The position numbers were made by a program, and so were the translations under genes. A DNA stretch of 62,910 nucleotides, the filler included, from Globobulimina sp. (taxonomy: Eukaryota), in the NCBI GenBank assembly GCA_003354225.1. It is 54 parts of 54 records of this genome, joined end to end, with 100 filler letters (N's around TTAATTAATTAA, not from the genome) between each part and the next. Parts side by side here need not be neighbours in the genome. Positions count along the whole stretch, not along the records: positions 1 to 1,068 come from PIVH01024380.1; positions 1,169 to 2,236 come from PIVH01024381.1; positions 2,337 to 3,404 come from PIVH01024382.1; positions 3,505 to 4,572 come from PIVH01024383.1; positions 4,673 to 5,740 come from PIVH01024384.1; positions 5,841 to 6,908 come from PIVH01024385.1; positions 7,009 to 8,076 come from PIVH01024386.1; positions 8,177 to 9,244 come from PIVH01024387.1; 46 more parts are not named here. The stretch is one strand, 5' to 3'. Under the pieces are notes generated by a model. The model ran no database searches. It saw nothing but the letters and a program-made list of their open reading frames with translations, and was not told where the DNA came from. Position 1 is the first letter of the stretch. Each line of letters opens with the position of its first letter. Below are positions 1 to 10,512 of this stretch, piece by piece.

Positions 1-490
1 GGATGCCAATTTAAATTTATATTTACTTTTGTGCCAACTGAGATTTCTTTGTTTGATCTATGTAACACCCGACCTTTATCGGTACGATACACTGATAATA
101 TTTCAATTTTGTTATCGGTTTTATCATTGTTCTCATTTTTAGCATCATCAGTCAATGATAATGAGCCATTATCCGTTGGTTGTCCACCTCCGTCAGGGAA
201 TAATATCGTATCTTTGAGTTCAATCTCATAAAATTTCTCTTGTTTTTTTTTCTTACCTTTTTTTTTATTTTTATTTTTACCTTTACGTTTATTGTCAATT
301 TCTGATGGTTGCGACCATTCTTTGCAATCAATCACAACTGACTCAAAGCTACGAATAAATGAATCACGTTGACAATGCAATATTTTTGGACCAATCTGAT
401 TTTATAAACAATTATGCATTAATTTATCAGCAAAAAAAATAAAAAAAGTTGAACCTGTGAAGGTGTTCCATATTCAACAAGCGTTGTCAT
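1..490 (-). CDS. AARSD1: Alanyl-tRNA editing protein AlaX/AARSD1, 5' part (exons 490-455 and 395-1; intron 454-396)
   Basis: Manual translation gives MTTLVEYGTPSQ|IGPKILHCQRDSFIRSFESVVIDC...FYEIELKDTILFPDGGGQPTDNG...INLNW. CQRDS and DTxLFPxGGGQPxD are AlaX signatures. The 59-nt GT-AG intron keeps the frame. Not in the ORF track. Confidence 0.88.
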
Positions 491-653
491 TATACGGTGT
501 AGTCGGAGAGGATTGAAACTATTAAATTTGAACAGATGTTGAGCTTTGGACAAAAACATCTTTTTATACACTGTAAAATCTTGTCGATGGCGTACTGTGT
601 CTGTGTGTCATTTCAAGTCATCGCATTATGCAGAGGTTGTGCTGTTTATTATT

Positions 654-1067
654 TTAATCACCGCCCATTTTTAGCCACTTGGGAACCCAACGAGGTACTC
701 TGTCGAAGTTATCTCGAAACCATGTATCTATCAAACTATTATATCGTCTAACTTCCCATTTATTTGGTTGTGAATATTTTAATTTCCAAAAGTCTTTATC
801 CTCCCAAAATGTTTTATCTTTCCAATATCTCTCAATTCCATCCAAATGAGACATGCCTACAATAGCTATCATTTTAACATCGCTTTGGCCTTTTTGTGCC
901 TCCACCATTGCTTTGATCATATACTTCTCTCTGTCATCGTATAATATTCTCTTTACATCACTATTTAAATATTTTTCATTATTTATTTTCATTAATTCAC
1001 GAACTCCGCCTCGTGACTCAAGATAACATTTTATTCCATCTTGATTCAATATGTATTGCTTTCCATT
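654..1067 (-). CDS. TraB/PrgY-domain protein (TRABD-like), C-terminal part
   Basis: ILYDDREKYM...IAIVGMSHLDGIERYW matches the TraB motifs ERDxxM and VVGxxHxxGI. Confidence 0.72.
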   Translation of the reverse strand, partial: NGKQYILNQDGIKCYLESRGGVRELMKINNEKYLNSDVKRILYDDREKYMIKAMVEAQKGQSDVKMIAIVGMSHLDGIERYWKDKTFWEDKDFWKLKYSQPNKWEVRRYNSLIDTWFRDNFDRVPRWVPKWLKMGGD

Positions 1068-1068
1068 G

Positions 1069-1168
1069 NNNNNNNNNNNNNNNNNNNNNNNNNNNNNNNN
1101 NNNNNNNNNNNNTTAATTAATTAANNNNNNNNNNNNNNNNNNNNNNNNNNNNNNNNNNNNNNNNNNNN
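1069..1168. other. Artificial contig linker N44-TTAATTAATTAA-N44 (first of ~53 copies, one every ~1,167 bp)
   Basis: The identical 100-nt spacer, with stops in all six frames, recurs at regular intervals. Contig lengths fall from 1068 to ~1064, so the scaffold is a length-sorted concatenation. Confidence 0.99.
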
Positions 1169-1440
1169 ATGTGGGCAAAGGAGGTGCACATTTCACTGAA
1201 GCCGCCGAGTAATATTGATAATACTAAGGACGAGCCTGCAAACGATTTGCCTGCGGTGCCTGCGATAATAAAGATTCCTGAGCCTACTGTCATTGATATG
1301 CCTAAGATTACCAGATCAAACAAACGGAATACACGTTTCAATGATTTATTGTCAACGCCATCTGTGTTTTCTGTTTTGTATGAGCGTGATGCATTTACCA
1401 ACTCTGTGGCAGAAGCACGGATGAAAATATCCTTCCACAT
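1169..1440 (-). CDS. Cationic amino-acid transporter (APC family), N-terminus
   Basis: LKRVFRLFDLVILGISMTVGSGIFIIAG..AGSSLVLS is a typical CAT/APC TM1-TM2 segment. Confidence 0.85.
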
Positions 1441-1528
1441 TACTTAGCAGAAAAAACTCGAGTTTGGATACTGTAATTTATTTGAAATACGCACTGAAAA
1501 CAATGCAGCCAAAAACGAATTAATATCA

Positions 1529-2236
1529 ATGTTATCCTCAATGACCGATGCAAATACAAATAATGACGCATCAAATGCACCAAATGACGCCATTAATGCA
1601 AACGAAGCTGATAATCTGCGAGCATGTATTTGTGGATTCAATTTCGTGAAAATCGATGCTTTTTCAAAAGCATATGATGTTGGTGGTGTTCAATGTGATA
1701 TTTGTATGGAAAGTAGAAAGAACAATGCTGTTTTTTGGCACTGTCCACAAGAATATAATATATTTCATCCAGACGGATATGATATTTGTAATAATTGTTC
1801 TGTGATTCAATCATTTCAAACAACAATAAATACTTCAAATGAACCAACAAAAACCGCAGTGACCACAAGAGAGATCGAGTCAATATTTTGCAACGGAAAT
1901 GAACATTGTCAAATATTACAAGATTTTGTGAATGAAATGAAACAATATAATGAAAATCCGGTGAATAGTGCAGAAAATGTGGATAATAAACAATTATTAG
2001 AAATTGTCAATCATTATTTGCATTTAATGCATCACCATTATGAGGACGAGCAATTTGAAACAATCTTTGACAAATTGGGATGCTGTGATTTAAAACAATG
2101 TAAGATGTTTTTTAGAAATAATCGAAATAGAATGATAATTTATAACGACAATGACAATGATAATAATAATGAAAGTATCACATACTGCATTATGGATAAA
2201 ATACATTGCTATTTCCAGCATTGCTATGATATCGGG
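1529..2236 (+). CDS. Hypothetical protein with a ZZ-like Cys/His module and a His/Cys-rich lineage-type domain, partial
   Basis: ACICG..CDIC..WHCP..HPDGYDICNNC, followed by HYLHLMHHH..CDLKQC..RNNRNR..DKIHCYFQHCYDIG. Confidence 0.65.
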
Positions 2237-2489
2237 NNNNNNNNNNNNNNNNNNNNNNNNNNNNNNNNNNNNNNNNNNNNTTAATTAATTAANNNNNNNN
2301 NNNNNNNNNNNNNNNNNNNNNNNNNNNNNNNNNNNNGTCAACTGTAAATGTAAATAAATTATAAGCTTACAATTATTACAATATTAATAAATTGAATAAA
2401 ATAAAAAAATAAAATTATTATAATCAATGTTATTTGAAAGATATAGTAAAGTGTAAAAAATATAAAAAACGTTACGTGTCGTTAATTAA

Positions 2490-3404
2490 TTATTTATACC
2501 AACAATGCAATTTCATATGCACTCCTTCGCCCATTTGTGATTTAATAAACAACTTTACATATTTCTTGCCAGCCCCACCTTGAGATTTAACTATCTCTCC
2601 ATTGGTTCCATCCGCAAGACAATCCTCCACCGCATATGCACGAATTAGTTGAGTGTCGATCGGCACTTTAAATTCCATCACATCTTCGCGTCTTAATTTC
2701 GATCCAAATTCCATTTCGTGCGCATACTTATACCTACAATTAATATCTGCGAAGCCTATGCATCGTATCAATTGTTTGGCTGTTAACTGAGTGGAATAAT
2801 ATGACCACTTTTCATGCGCTGTAATACAATCAAAATCAATATCATTCGTTGTTTTTGCACGAATCCTTAATTTATTTTTCTTCTTTCTTCGCCTGAATTT
2901 ATTTTGTGAATTCATTACAGATCCGGATCCAACGGGAGTCAATGATTTGGAATCTCTCAAGCTTGGCTTGTTTGGCATGTGTTTTCTTTTTCGTTTTTCG
3001 TTTTTCTTGTTGGGGCAAACGATATGTTTTGGTACATTTGGTTGTTTTTTGACTGTCTGTTTTTTCTCTTCCTTTCTCATATCTTGTTTCGTATCGACAT
3101 CTTCTTTGATTTTTATATCTTCCTCGAATTCTTTCATTTCATTGCTTGATTCTTTGAATAATTCCAATTTAGATAACATATTATCTTCATCCACTTCACT
3201 GGACACTGATTGTTTCACATGTTGCTGTTGTATGCTATCTAAATTCAGTGCTAAAGTGACGGATTCATCCTCATATCCAATACTTACTAATTTACAATGT
3301 TTCAATACAAATTGCACATCGTTTGTATTTTCAATCAACACCATGGAGTGCATATTATTCCTAATAGCTTCCAATGTAATTTGCTCGCATTTTCCTGTGC
3401 CATT
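2490..3404 (-). CDS. Hypothetical Lys-rich protein, C-terminal part
   Basis: Open frame of ~300 aa with a stop and an AT-rich 3' region. No family recognised. Confidence 0.6.
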   Translation of the reverse strand, partial: NGTGKCEQITLEAIRNNMHSMVLIENTNDVQFVLKHCKLVSIGYEDESVTLALNLDSIQQQHVKQSVSSEVDEDNMLSKLELFKESSNEMKEFEEDIKIKEDVDTKQDMRKEEKKQTVKKQPNVPKHIVCPNKKNEKRKRKHMPNKPSLRDSKSLTPVGSGSVMNSQNKFRRRKKKNKLRIRAKTTNDIDFDCITAHEKWSYYSTQLTAKQLIRCIGFADINCRYKYAHEMEFGSKLRREDVMEFKVPIDTQLIRAYAVEDCLADGTNGEIVKSQGGAGKKYVKLFIKSQMGEGVHMKLHCWYK

Positions 3405-3504
3405 NNNNNNNNNNNNNNNNNNNNNNNNNNNNNNNNNNNNNNNNNNNNTTAATTAATTAANNNNNNNNNNNNNNNNNNNNNNNNNNNNNNNNNNNNNNNN
3501 NNNN

Positions 3505-4197
3505 AATACGTTAATATTGCCATTGAATCGATTGCATCCAACTTCGTTGCAGAAAATGTTCAATTCGTACGATATTGATTGCAGCCAAGCAGATAATAAC
3601 AAAAAATTAGAGATGCAGGAAATGAAAGACAATGAAATGGAATTAGATCTCGATGATTTGGAACAATATCAACCGAGCGAGTTTTTAGCTGAGTCGCCAT
3701 GTACAAAGATTGAGTGCGGCTATATTTATGGCGGCAATTTGGATAATTTGTATATTCGCACATTTTCATTGGAGGAATCGTTCAAAGTCGGCGCGGTTAT
3801 CGATGCCAGAGACTTTACGGGGAAATGGTATGAAGCGGAGATCATTGCGGTGCAAGATTGTGAGGGCAATGTGTATGAGAATTTGGATAAGGACAATGAC
3901 GATTATTTGGAAATACGCAGAGCGAAAATACATTATTTAGGATATTCGCAAAATTATGATGAATGGCTGTTTGTTGATACTGATTCGCATCGTATTGCAC
4001 AACGAGGCACATTCACCATTGGCCCCGATCTCAGAGCAATTCGTCGGAATACCACACATAATGCACATGTACACCAACATCCACACCCACAACATCCACA
4101 ACATCATCTTCGAAATGCACATAATAATATCATTCAGAATCAAATTCAGAATCAGAATCAAAATGTAAATCTGATGGATCTTATTCATCACAATTAA
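3505..4197 (+). CDS. Protein with a Tudor-knot/chromo-barrel-like domain, C-terminal part
   Basis: FKVGAVIDARDFTGKWYEAEI...IHYLGYSQNYDEWL...RIA is a chromo-barrel signature. His/Gln/Asn-rich tail. Confidence 0.75.
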   Translation, partial: NTLILPLNRLHPTSLQKMFNSYDIDCSQADNNKKLEMQEMKDNEMELDLDDLEQYQPSEFLAESPCTKIECGYIYGGNLDNLYIRTFSLEESFKVGAVIDARDFTGKWYEAEIIAVQDCEGNVYENLDKDNDDYLEIRRAKIHYLGYSQNYDEWLFVDTDSHRIAQRGTFTIGPDLRAIRRNTTHNAHVHQHPHPQHPQHHLRNAHNNIIQNQIQNQNQNVNLMDLIHHN

Positions 4198-4672
4198 TTG
4201 GGGCAATCTATTTAACTTTTTTCACAACAAATATATTTATTATTTAACTATAATTGAATGTTACTTTTTGATATTGTTACATTGTAATTAATTTAATATT
4301 TTAATAAATAAACTAGTGTCCACCTGAAACAAACATAAAATTATGTCATGATATGAGATCTCTGATTATAAACAACTTTAGTGATATTTTGCGATTTGGC
4401 ATCAATGTGTTTTTGTAAAATATCGAATATTTGCGTTTTCAGGCAATCTTGTATCACATTTTTGTTTTTAGGAAATTCCAGCGATTTTGCCTTTGTTTTT
4501 TGAATAATTATTGCCGTGGCGCCGCATTATATATTATTATTTTGTATCGTATAAAAATCAAAGCAATAACTANNNNNNNNNNNNNNNNNNNNNNNNNNNN
4601 NNNNNNNNNNNNNNNNTTAATTAATTAANNNNNNNNNNNNNNNNNNNNNNNNNNNNNNNNNNNNNNNNNNNN

Positions 4673-4770
4673 AAAACGTTTCTATAATTCTCTGATTTAT
4701 TTTGTCGGAAACGTTTCTATAATTCTCTGATTTATATTGTCTGAAAACGTTTCTATAATTCTCTGATATA
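4673..4770 (+). repeat. ~35-bp tandem repeat, about 3 copies
   Basis: AAACGTTTCTATAATTCTCTGAT starts near 4674, 4708 and 4745. Confidence 0.9.
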
Positions 4771-4919
4771 TCCATAATTCATATACAAATCCTTAAGTAA
4801 ATTCCGTTAGGAAAATTTTCGATAAAAAAAAAGAAAAAAAAAATATTTCGAAAAAAATGTTAAAAAAAAGTAGTACTAGTACTAGTACTACTCATAAAAA
4901 AAATCTCAAAATTTTGAAA

Positions 4920-5740
4920 TCACTGGTATGAGGGTCTATCGACCCAACCAGGATCTGTCGTCATGCCATTTAGGGACAACACAATATCTTCATCCTCATC
5001 TCCTTCTGTATGCTCCTCATGGCCATTATTTACATCCTCTCCAAATATGGGTGTTTTAATAGTATTGCTATCCCTTTTATTGTCAGGACTCTTGGTTGGA
5101 ATTATAAACTCATCATCGCCACTTACAATAAATTCATCATTGCTGTTGCCATTTGTTTCCATCTCATAGTCATCGCCTCCAACGACGAATTCATTATTTG
5201 CGAGCACCGCAACAGCATCAAACATCTCACTGGACACACTTTTAACTCTTGCAAAATCTGTGCATATATCATTCGATTGCATATTATTTGCCATTTCTGC
5301 TCCCATTGTAATTGGATGAGCATCGGCGAACCGCGCACTATTTCCATGTACATTTCTTTTTTGCTTTCTACATCTGACCATAACAAAAACACATGCGATA
5401 AAACCACATGTTGCAGCCAATAAACCTGCTAAACTCCAGGTTGCTATCTCAAACAGATTTGATTTTGCCTGGCGGCCCTGACCTGAATTAAATTTCTCTG
5501 TTGTCGAAGCAGAGGAAGTGTCCGTTCCAACCATGCCAACATTACCATCATTGAGGTTCGTGCTTGATATTTGTGACTCTGTACCGGACGTTTTTATGTG
5601 TGCGGTCAGAGTAAATGTTGTTGGTTGTGGTGTTGCTGAAGTTGACATTGTTGTTGCTTTCATAGTAGGATTATTTGTCGGATATGTACTTTGATTATAT
5701 GTTGGATAGTTACTTGGATTATCCGTCGGATATTTAATTG
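4920..5740 (-). CDS. Type I membrane protein: Pro/Thr mucin stalk, TM helix, acidic tail (3' part)
   Basis: YPTxNP repeats, Thr-rich stalk, hydrophobic IATWSLAGLLAATCGFIACVFVMV and a basic stop-transfer RCRKQKR. Confidence 0.75.
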
Positions 5741-5841
5741 NNNNNNNNNNNNNNNNNNNNNNNNNNNNNNNNNNNNNNNNNNNNTTAATTAATTAANNNN
5801 NNNNNNNNNNNNNNNNNNNNNNNNNNNNNNNNNNNNNNNNA

Positions 5842-6908
5842 GATGGACAGTACAGGTGTGGACACTGTGGGGAATGTGGAGACCATTGGTGACGCCATTG
5901 TGAACATCAAGGACTCGATTCATCAGATACAGAGCTAAAAGAAAACGATGTTCCTGTACCACAAGTCTTATGTCGTACCCTTCAGGATGGTAATCGGGCT
6001 CGTTGTGCCCCCTCTCGACAATACACACGTGATCAGTGGACATTTAGTGGACCAGTAACATGGGAGGAGTTCCTACAAATGTGTGAAACAGATCCTGGTG
6101 TACGATTGAAGGAGCGATATATCGGACCTATGACATATGACGAATGTATGATGGACTACAGTCATGAAACAGAACAACCATTTCCTCCTGAAGATTGGAC
6201 GGAGATACCAGTGGAGTGGAATCCAAGGGTTAGTAAATTTCCATACCCGGAATGGCGTCGATTACACTTGATTTATGTCAATCACATATGGGATGACGAC
6301 ACAGAAAATGACAGCGATGAACCTCGTCCTCGTACAATGGAACCAATGACAATCCAGTATATCGAACCAGCGAAGAGCTATATTGATGATATACCTGACG
6401 AGATTATTCCCATATGCAAAAGTATGCAACAATTATCAGTAGAAGAGACAAACACAAAGGAAGTTAAGAAGACACCATTGTCCAAAGATGTCAGCCCATT
6501 TCGAACCCCAGCTTTGTATGTCTGTGAATCTGATTGCTATACAACTGAGACAGATGACTTATTGGGAAACCATACCTTACATCGACAACCAGTAGAAGCC
6601 GCATCAATTAGACAGGGTTGTATGAATGCAAGAATGTTAATTTTGGGACCAATGGATACACCAATCGTTATGTTGAGTGATCTTGAGGAAGAACAAATGT
6701 GTCAAATTGCAGCTTTTATTGATTGTGGTGCAGCATTGTGCATGGATCAGAAGTCAGTTTATTTACGGACTGGAGCCAGACTGAAGGATCTAAAGGGATG
6801 CAAACATGACCATTTTGTCGGATTTGGTGGAAATTTCCGAGTTATTGGATCGGCAAGAATGCAATTTATGATGAATGGAGTAAAATTCGAACAAAGTTTC
6901 CATATTAT
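5842..6908 (+). mobile_element. LTR-retroelement-like gag/protease fragment (zinc knuckle with in-frame TGA at 5890, then an aspartic protease)
   Basis: One frame reads CGHCGECGDHW*RHC...AAFIDCGAA...VGFGG..VIG...NGVKFEQSFHI, a retropepsin D(T/S/C)GA motif with flap region. Intronless and more GC-rich than host genes. Confidence 0.65.
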
Positions 6909-7010
6909 NNNNNNNNNNNNNNNNNNNNNNNNNNNNNNNNNNNNNNNNNNNNTTAATTAATTAANNNNNNNNNNNNNNNNNNNNNNNNNNNNNNNNNNNN
7001 NNNNNNNNCT

Positions 7011-7715
7011 AGTAGCAACAGATTTATTCACTTTGCTTCATGCCAGCCTATTACTAAAAAATTGGGTGTTGTACGAACTTTAGCCAGACGTGCCCATCAG
7101 TTATCTTCTAATATGACCCATTTAAGTGAAGAAAAAGACATCCTTTTGAAAGCATTCGATCGATGTGGTTACCCAAAAGACGATATAAAACGATTCATTC
7201 ATCCAATCGGAGCATCTAAGAAACCTGAAGAGAAATCCAATCCAAAATGTGTTCTGCCATACATTCCTGGACTTAGTGGCCCTTTGACAAGTTTTCTTAA
7301 ACGATGGCAAATTACTACCTGCTTTACAAAGAAGACAACATTGGGTCATCTTCTCTACAAACGATCTCCTGAGGTCGAGTATTTTGATAGACAAAATGTT
7401 ATTTACAAAGTACATTGTTCTGGTTGCCAGAAATGCTATATAGGTCAAACAAGAAGAAAAGTTAGATGTCGGCTAAAAGACCATAAAAATGCCATTAGAC
7501 TCAAGAATGAAGAAAATGCTATTGCAAACCATGTGGTAAATTGTGGTCATCCCATCGACCCATTCAATGCCGATATTGTTGGCCAAGATAGTAGACCAAA
7601 CATTTTATCAGCCAAAGAGTCTCTTCTCATTGACAGTTGTAATACTATGAATAACTTGACTGGCTATTCACACACAGCCCTAGTCACTCTATTATCCCAA
7701 TCGATTAAATTGTAA
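7011..7715 (+). CDS. PLE polyprotein C-terminus: RT thumb and GIY-YIG endonuclease with CCHH motif
   Basis: VIY..CxxC..YIGQT, catalytic R and E, and two conserved His (Penelope/Poseidon-type). Confidence 0.92.
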   Translation, partial: SSNRFIHFASCQPITKKLGVVRTLARRAHQLSSNMTHLSEEKDILLKAFDRCGYPKDDIKRFIHPIGASKKPEEKSNPKCVLPYIPGLSGPLTSFLKRWQITTCFTKKTTLGHLLYKRSPEVEYFDRQNVIYKVHCSGCQKCYIGQTRRKVRCRLKDHKNAIRLKNEENAIANHVVNCGHPIDPFNADIVGQDSRPNILSAKESLLIDSCNTMNNLTGYSHTALVTLLSQSIKL

Positions 7716-7903
7716 ACACCCTACTATTTTGTTCCTCTTATCTACTGTTGTAAATGACTCGCTGCCTGTATAAGAGTAGTTTGTTTTCTCCTCTCTTTGC
7801 TGTTTGAGCTCTGTGTTTATACAAGTCCCATTTTTCCTACTTAATGTGAGTGATTCCTTATTGTTTCTAATTTATTTTTGGTGTTTCATTTTTACTTTTC
7901 AGT

Positions 7904-7945
7904 GTGTTCTGATGATGGTCAGTGTTTTGACCGAAATATAAACAT
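7904..7945 (+). ncRNA. Minimal type I hammerhead ribozyme
   Basis: Stem I GUGUU(7904-08)/AACAU(7941-45). Core CUGAUGA 7909-15 plus U. Stem II GGUCAG-UGUU-UUGACC. GAAA 7933-36, palindromic AUAU helix III. Predicted cleavage after A7940. Confidence 0.8.
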
Positions 7946-8033
7946 TTCCATCTATTCTGCTTACTTTTATCGCTGATACCGTCTATTGAATCAATTTATA
8001 ATGTCTGAACAGCGATCTACTGCATTTGATATT

Positions 8034-8076
8034 ATGTTCATGTTCATGTTCATTCATATTCATGTTCATGTTCATG
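8034..8076 (+). repeat. (ATGTTC)n microsatellite abutting the PLE 3' end
   Basis: About 7 imperfect hexamer units running to the contig end. Confidence 0.85.
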
Positions 8077-9017
8077 NNNNNNNNNNNNNNNNNNNNNNNN
8101 NNNNNNNNNNNNNNNNNNNNTTAATTAATTAANNNNNNNNNNNNNNNNNNNNNNNNNNNNNNNNNNNNNNNNNNNNCCATACAATAATTCAAAATTTTAT
8201 TATACAATTTCACAAAATTTATATCACAACACCAACGGTGGCTCCCCCCCCATTTCATGAACGAAAGGGGCCTCCGCTTTCGGCAATAGATGATTAAAAT
8301 ACTCTCTCTCTTTTTCAAAGAGTATTATATACTCTTGATTCATAATACTAAAGATTGGGTTAATAAAAACACACATTCTTTGTTTTTGTTGGTTGTTAAA
8401 TGATAGCAAGAAAATGGGTTTCAGAAAACACACACTCTCTTTTTCAAAGAATATTACATAATATTCTTGATTCTATAATACAAAAGAGTAGGTTATTAAA
8501 AACACATACTCTTCGTGTTAGGAATTTTGCATATTTTTGGAAATTAAATAAAGGGAGTGGTTTCAAGATAATACGTACTCTCACTTTTTCGAAAGATATC
8601 ACATATCTTTAAAATGGTATGGCCGTCAAGCTTTGATGCATTGCGGCCATTTGTATCAAAAACATATCAAAACACTGTACAGCATCAAATGTCTGTACTT
8701 ATATACTATATAAAAAAAATTGGTCATTGATAATTCAATGATATTTACGACATATTAGCTGTTCTATGTCACTGCCTATAAATGCTAGTGACCTTGGCTA
8801 GTTATGCGTGTAAAAATCCGCATATATACAGAGAAGCCTTATTCGACCCGTATTTTCCATAATATATACAGAAACTTTGATTACCATAACCGTATCACAT
8901 ATACATAGAGGTAGACCATAATTTATTTTTGGATTTTCTGGAGATTTTTAACTTTTTATGGGTTTTCTAAATTTTTTTAATACAAAAATAAATAGATTAA
9001 CAATTTTTGAAGGCATA

Positions 9018-9242
9018 TTAAAGTCCAAGCGCGGGATTTCCCGGCGGAGGAGGCGGTGGCAGATATGCTGTGCAATTGCTACAGGTCTGATCAGAGTCCG
9101 GTCCCGACAAATTTCGATCTATACGATTAAGTACACCGCAAGTTTCGCAAGTGACGGGTTGTCCAGCATCAGGTTCCGACCGCCTTGGTCTATTGTGTCC
9201 GGAATAGTATCTATGCCGAACTTTGTTAACACGAGGGGCGTG
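9018..9242 (-). CDS. C-terminal fragment with a CxxC..CxxC zinc ribbon and poly-Pro
   Basis: Manual translation ...VTCETCGVLN..DQTCSNCTAYLPPPPPPGNPALGL*, in a GC-rich island. Confidence 0.4.
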   Translation of the reverse strand, partial: HAPRVNKVRHRYYSGHNRPRRSEPDAGQPVTCETCGVLNRIDRNLSGPDSDQTCSNCTAYLPPPPPPGNPALGL

Positions 9243-9344
9243 TGNNNNNNNNNNNNNNNNNNNNNNNNNNNNNNNNNNNNNNNNNNNNTTAATTAATTAA
9301 NNNNNNNNNNNNNNNNNNNNNNNNNNNNNNNNNNNNNNNNNNNN

Positions 9345-10412
9345 GCACAAGGCCAGGTAGCCAGACGTCCCGTGGGTATCCATGCAATCATTGAAGATGG
9401 ACCAGTCAGACAGGACATGTATGTACAACATCTGGTTGGAGGAGGTACACGACAACAAGAAAACTTCTCGGTGGAACAAGATGCATTATCAGCCCTTGTC
9501 ATCAACTCTGAAAAAGATTTGAATGAAATCACATCAGACGAAGCAAGAAAAGTGGTCAAATTCATATGGGATAACGCCAGAGCAGGACATCCAGTCACAA
9601 CACATGATATGGTTGGCCGTTTGAAGCCACTGAGTAAAGGTGACATTTATACTGTTGTTTCTTATTGTTTAGATGGCAGTTTGGGGAATGCAGCCCGATA
9701 TACAGGAATGCAAATAATGCCTGAGTTTCCACAGGTGTATGATAAAGAAATTTGTGCAGTGGAAAAGAATCGAGTTTTGAAAATTGCTTTGGAAACAAGC
9801 AATTCAGTGCAACAAGCGGCTCAGGAAAATCAGCGCAGTCGACAGCAACGACCCCAAAATGGTGGAGGTCCCAGACGTTCATTTGGACCCAGCAGACCAC
9901 AGAGACAAAGAGGGCAACCTGGACAAGGGTATGTCTGTCACACATGTGGCAAGACAGGTCATTGGAGGCCAAACTGTCCCGACAGAGATACAGCACGTGA
10001 TCAAAATGCAAGAAGAGAACCGAATCCACAGTCATTGGTCATCATTGCTACCATTGCATCAGATCAACAACCGGAAGTGGCAACAACAAAAGAAGAAATT
10101 GACAATATCGAATGGGATTATAAGGTACCAGGGCCATTACAATATTCTGAGTATTTATATCAATTTGCAATAAAAACAGGTCAATCGTTTCCTTTAGGAA
10201 CCTTTGAAAATTTACCAGAGTTTTTGGTACCGGGTTGCGACTTTCCATATTCCTATCATAAAGAGGCCTATGACAGTTGGGTATATTATACTGAAAGAGG
10301 GGAACCAGAGGAATTTGACTGGATAACACCAACGTTAGAGGCTATGCGTAAAAAAGAGTTAGAACGATTAGAAGCATCAGTCGTGCACAAACGTGTAACT
10401 TCAAGCAATGTG
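9345..10412 (+). mobile_element. Gag-like ORF with a CX2CX4HX4C zinc knuckle (LTR-retroelement-like), partial
   Basis: R/Q/G-rich segment, then CHTCGKTGHWRPNC at 9936-9977. Intronless and open across the whole contig. Confidence 0.7.
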
Positions 10413-10512
10413 NNNNNNNNNNNNNNNNNNNNNNNNNNNNNNNNNNNNNNNNNNNNTTAATTAATTAANNNNNNNNNNNNNNNNNNNNNNNNNNNNNNNN
10501 NNNNNNNNNNNN

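Larger units (their letters stand above)
7009..8033 (+). mobile_element. Penelope-like retroelement, 3' part (RT thumb, GIY-YIG endonuclease, pseudo-LTR)
   Basis: ORF 7011-7715 reads NRFIHFASCQPITKKLGVVRTLARRA (PLE thumb)...LPYIPGLS...NVIYKVHCSGCQKCYIGQT..RLKDHK..AIANH..GH..ESLLI. A hammerhead lies downstream. Confidence 0.92.

Noticed and set aside
4869-4892. 24-bp perfect palindrome AGTAGTACTAGTACTAGTACTACT
   Set aside because: It is low-complexity and self-complementary simply because it is built from repeated TAGTAC units.
8230-8290. GC-rich patch as a ribozyme
   Set aside because: I could not build a hammerhead, HDV or twister core on either strand.
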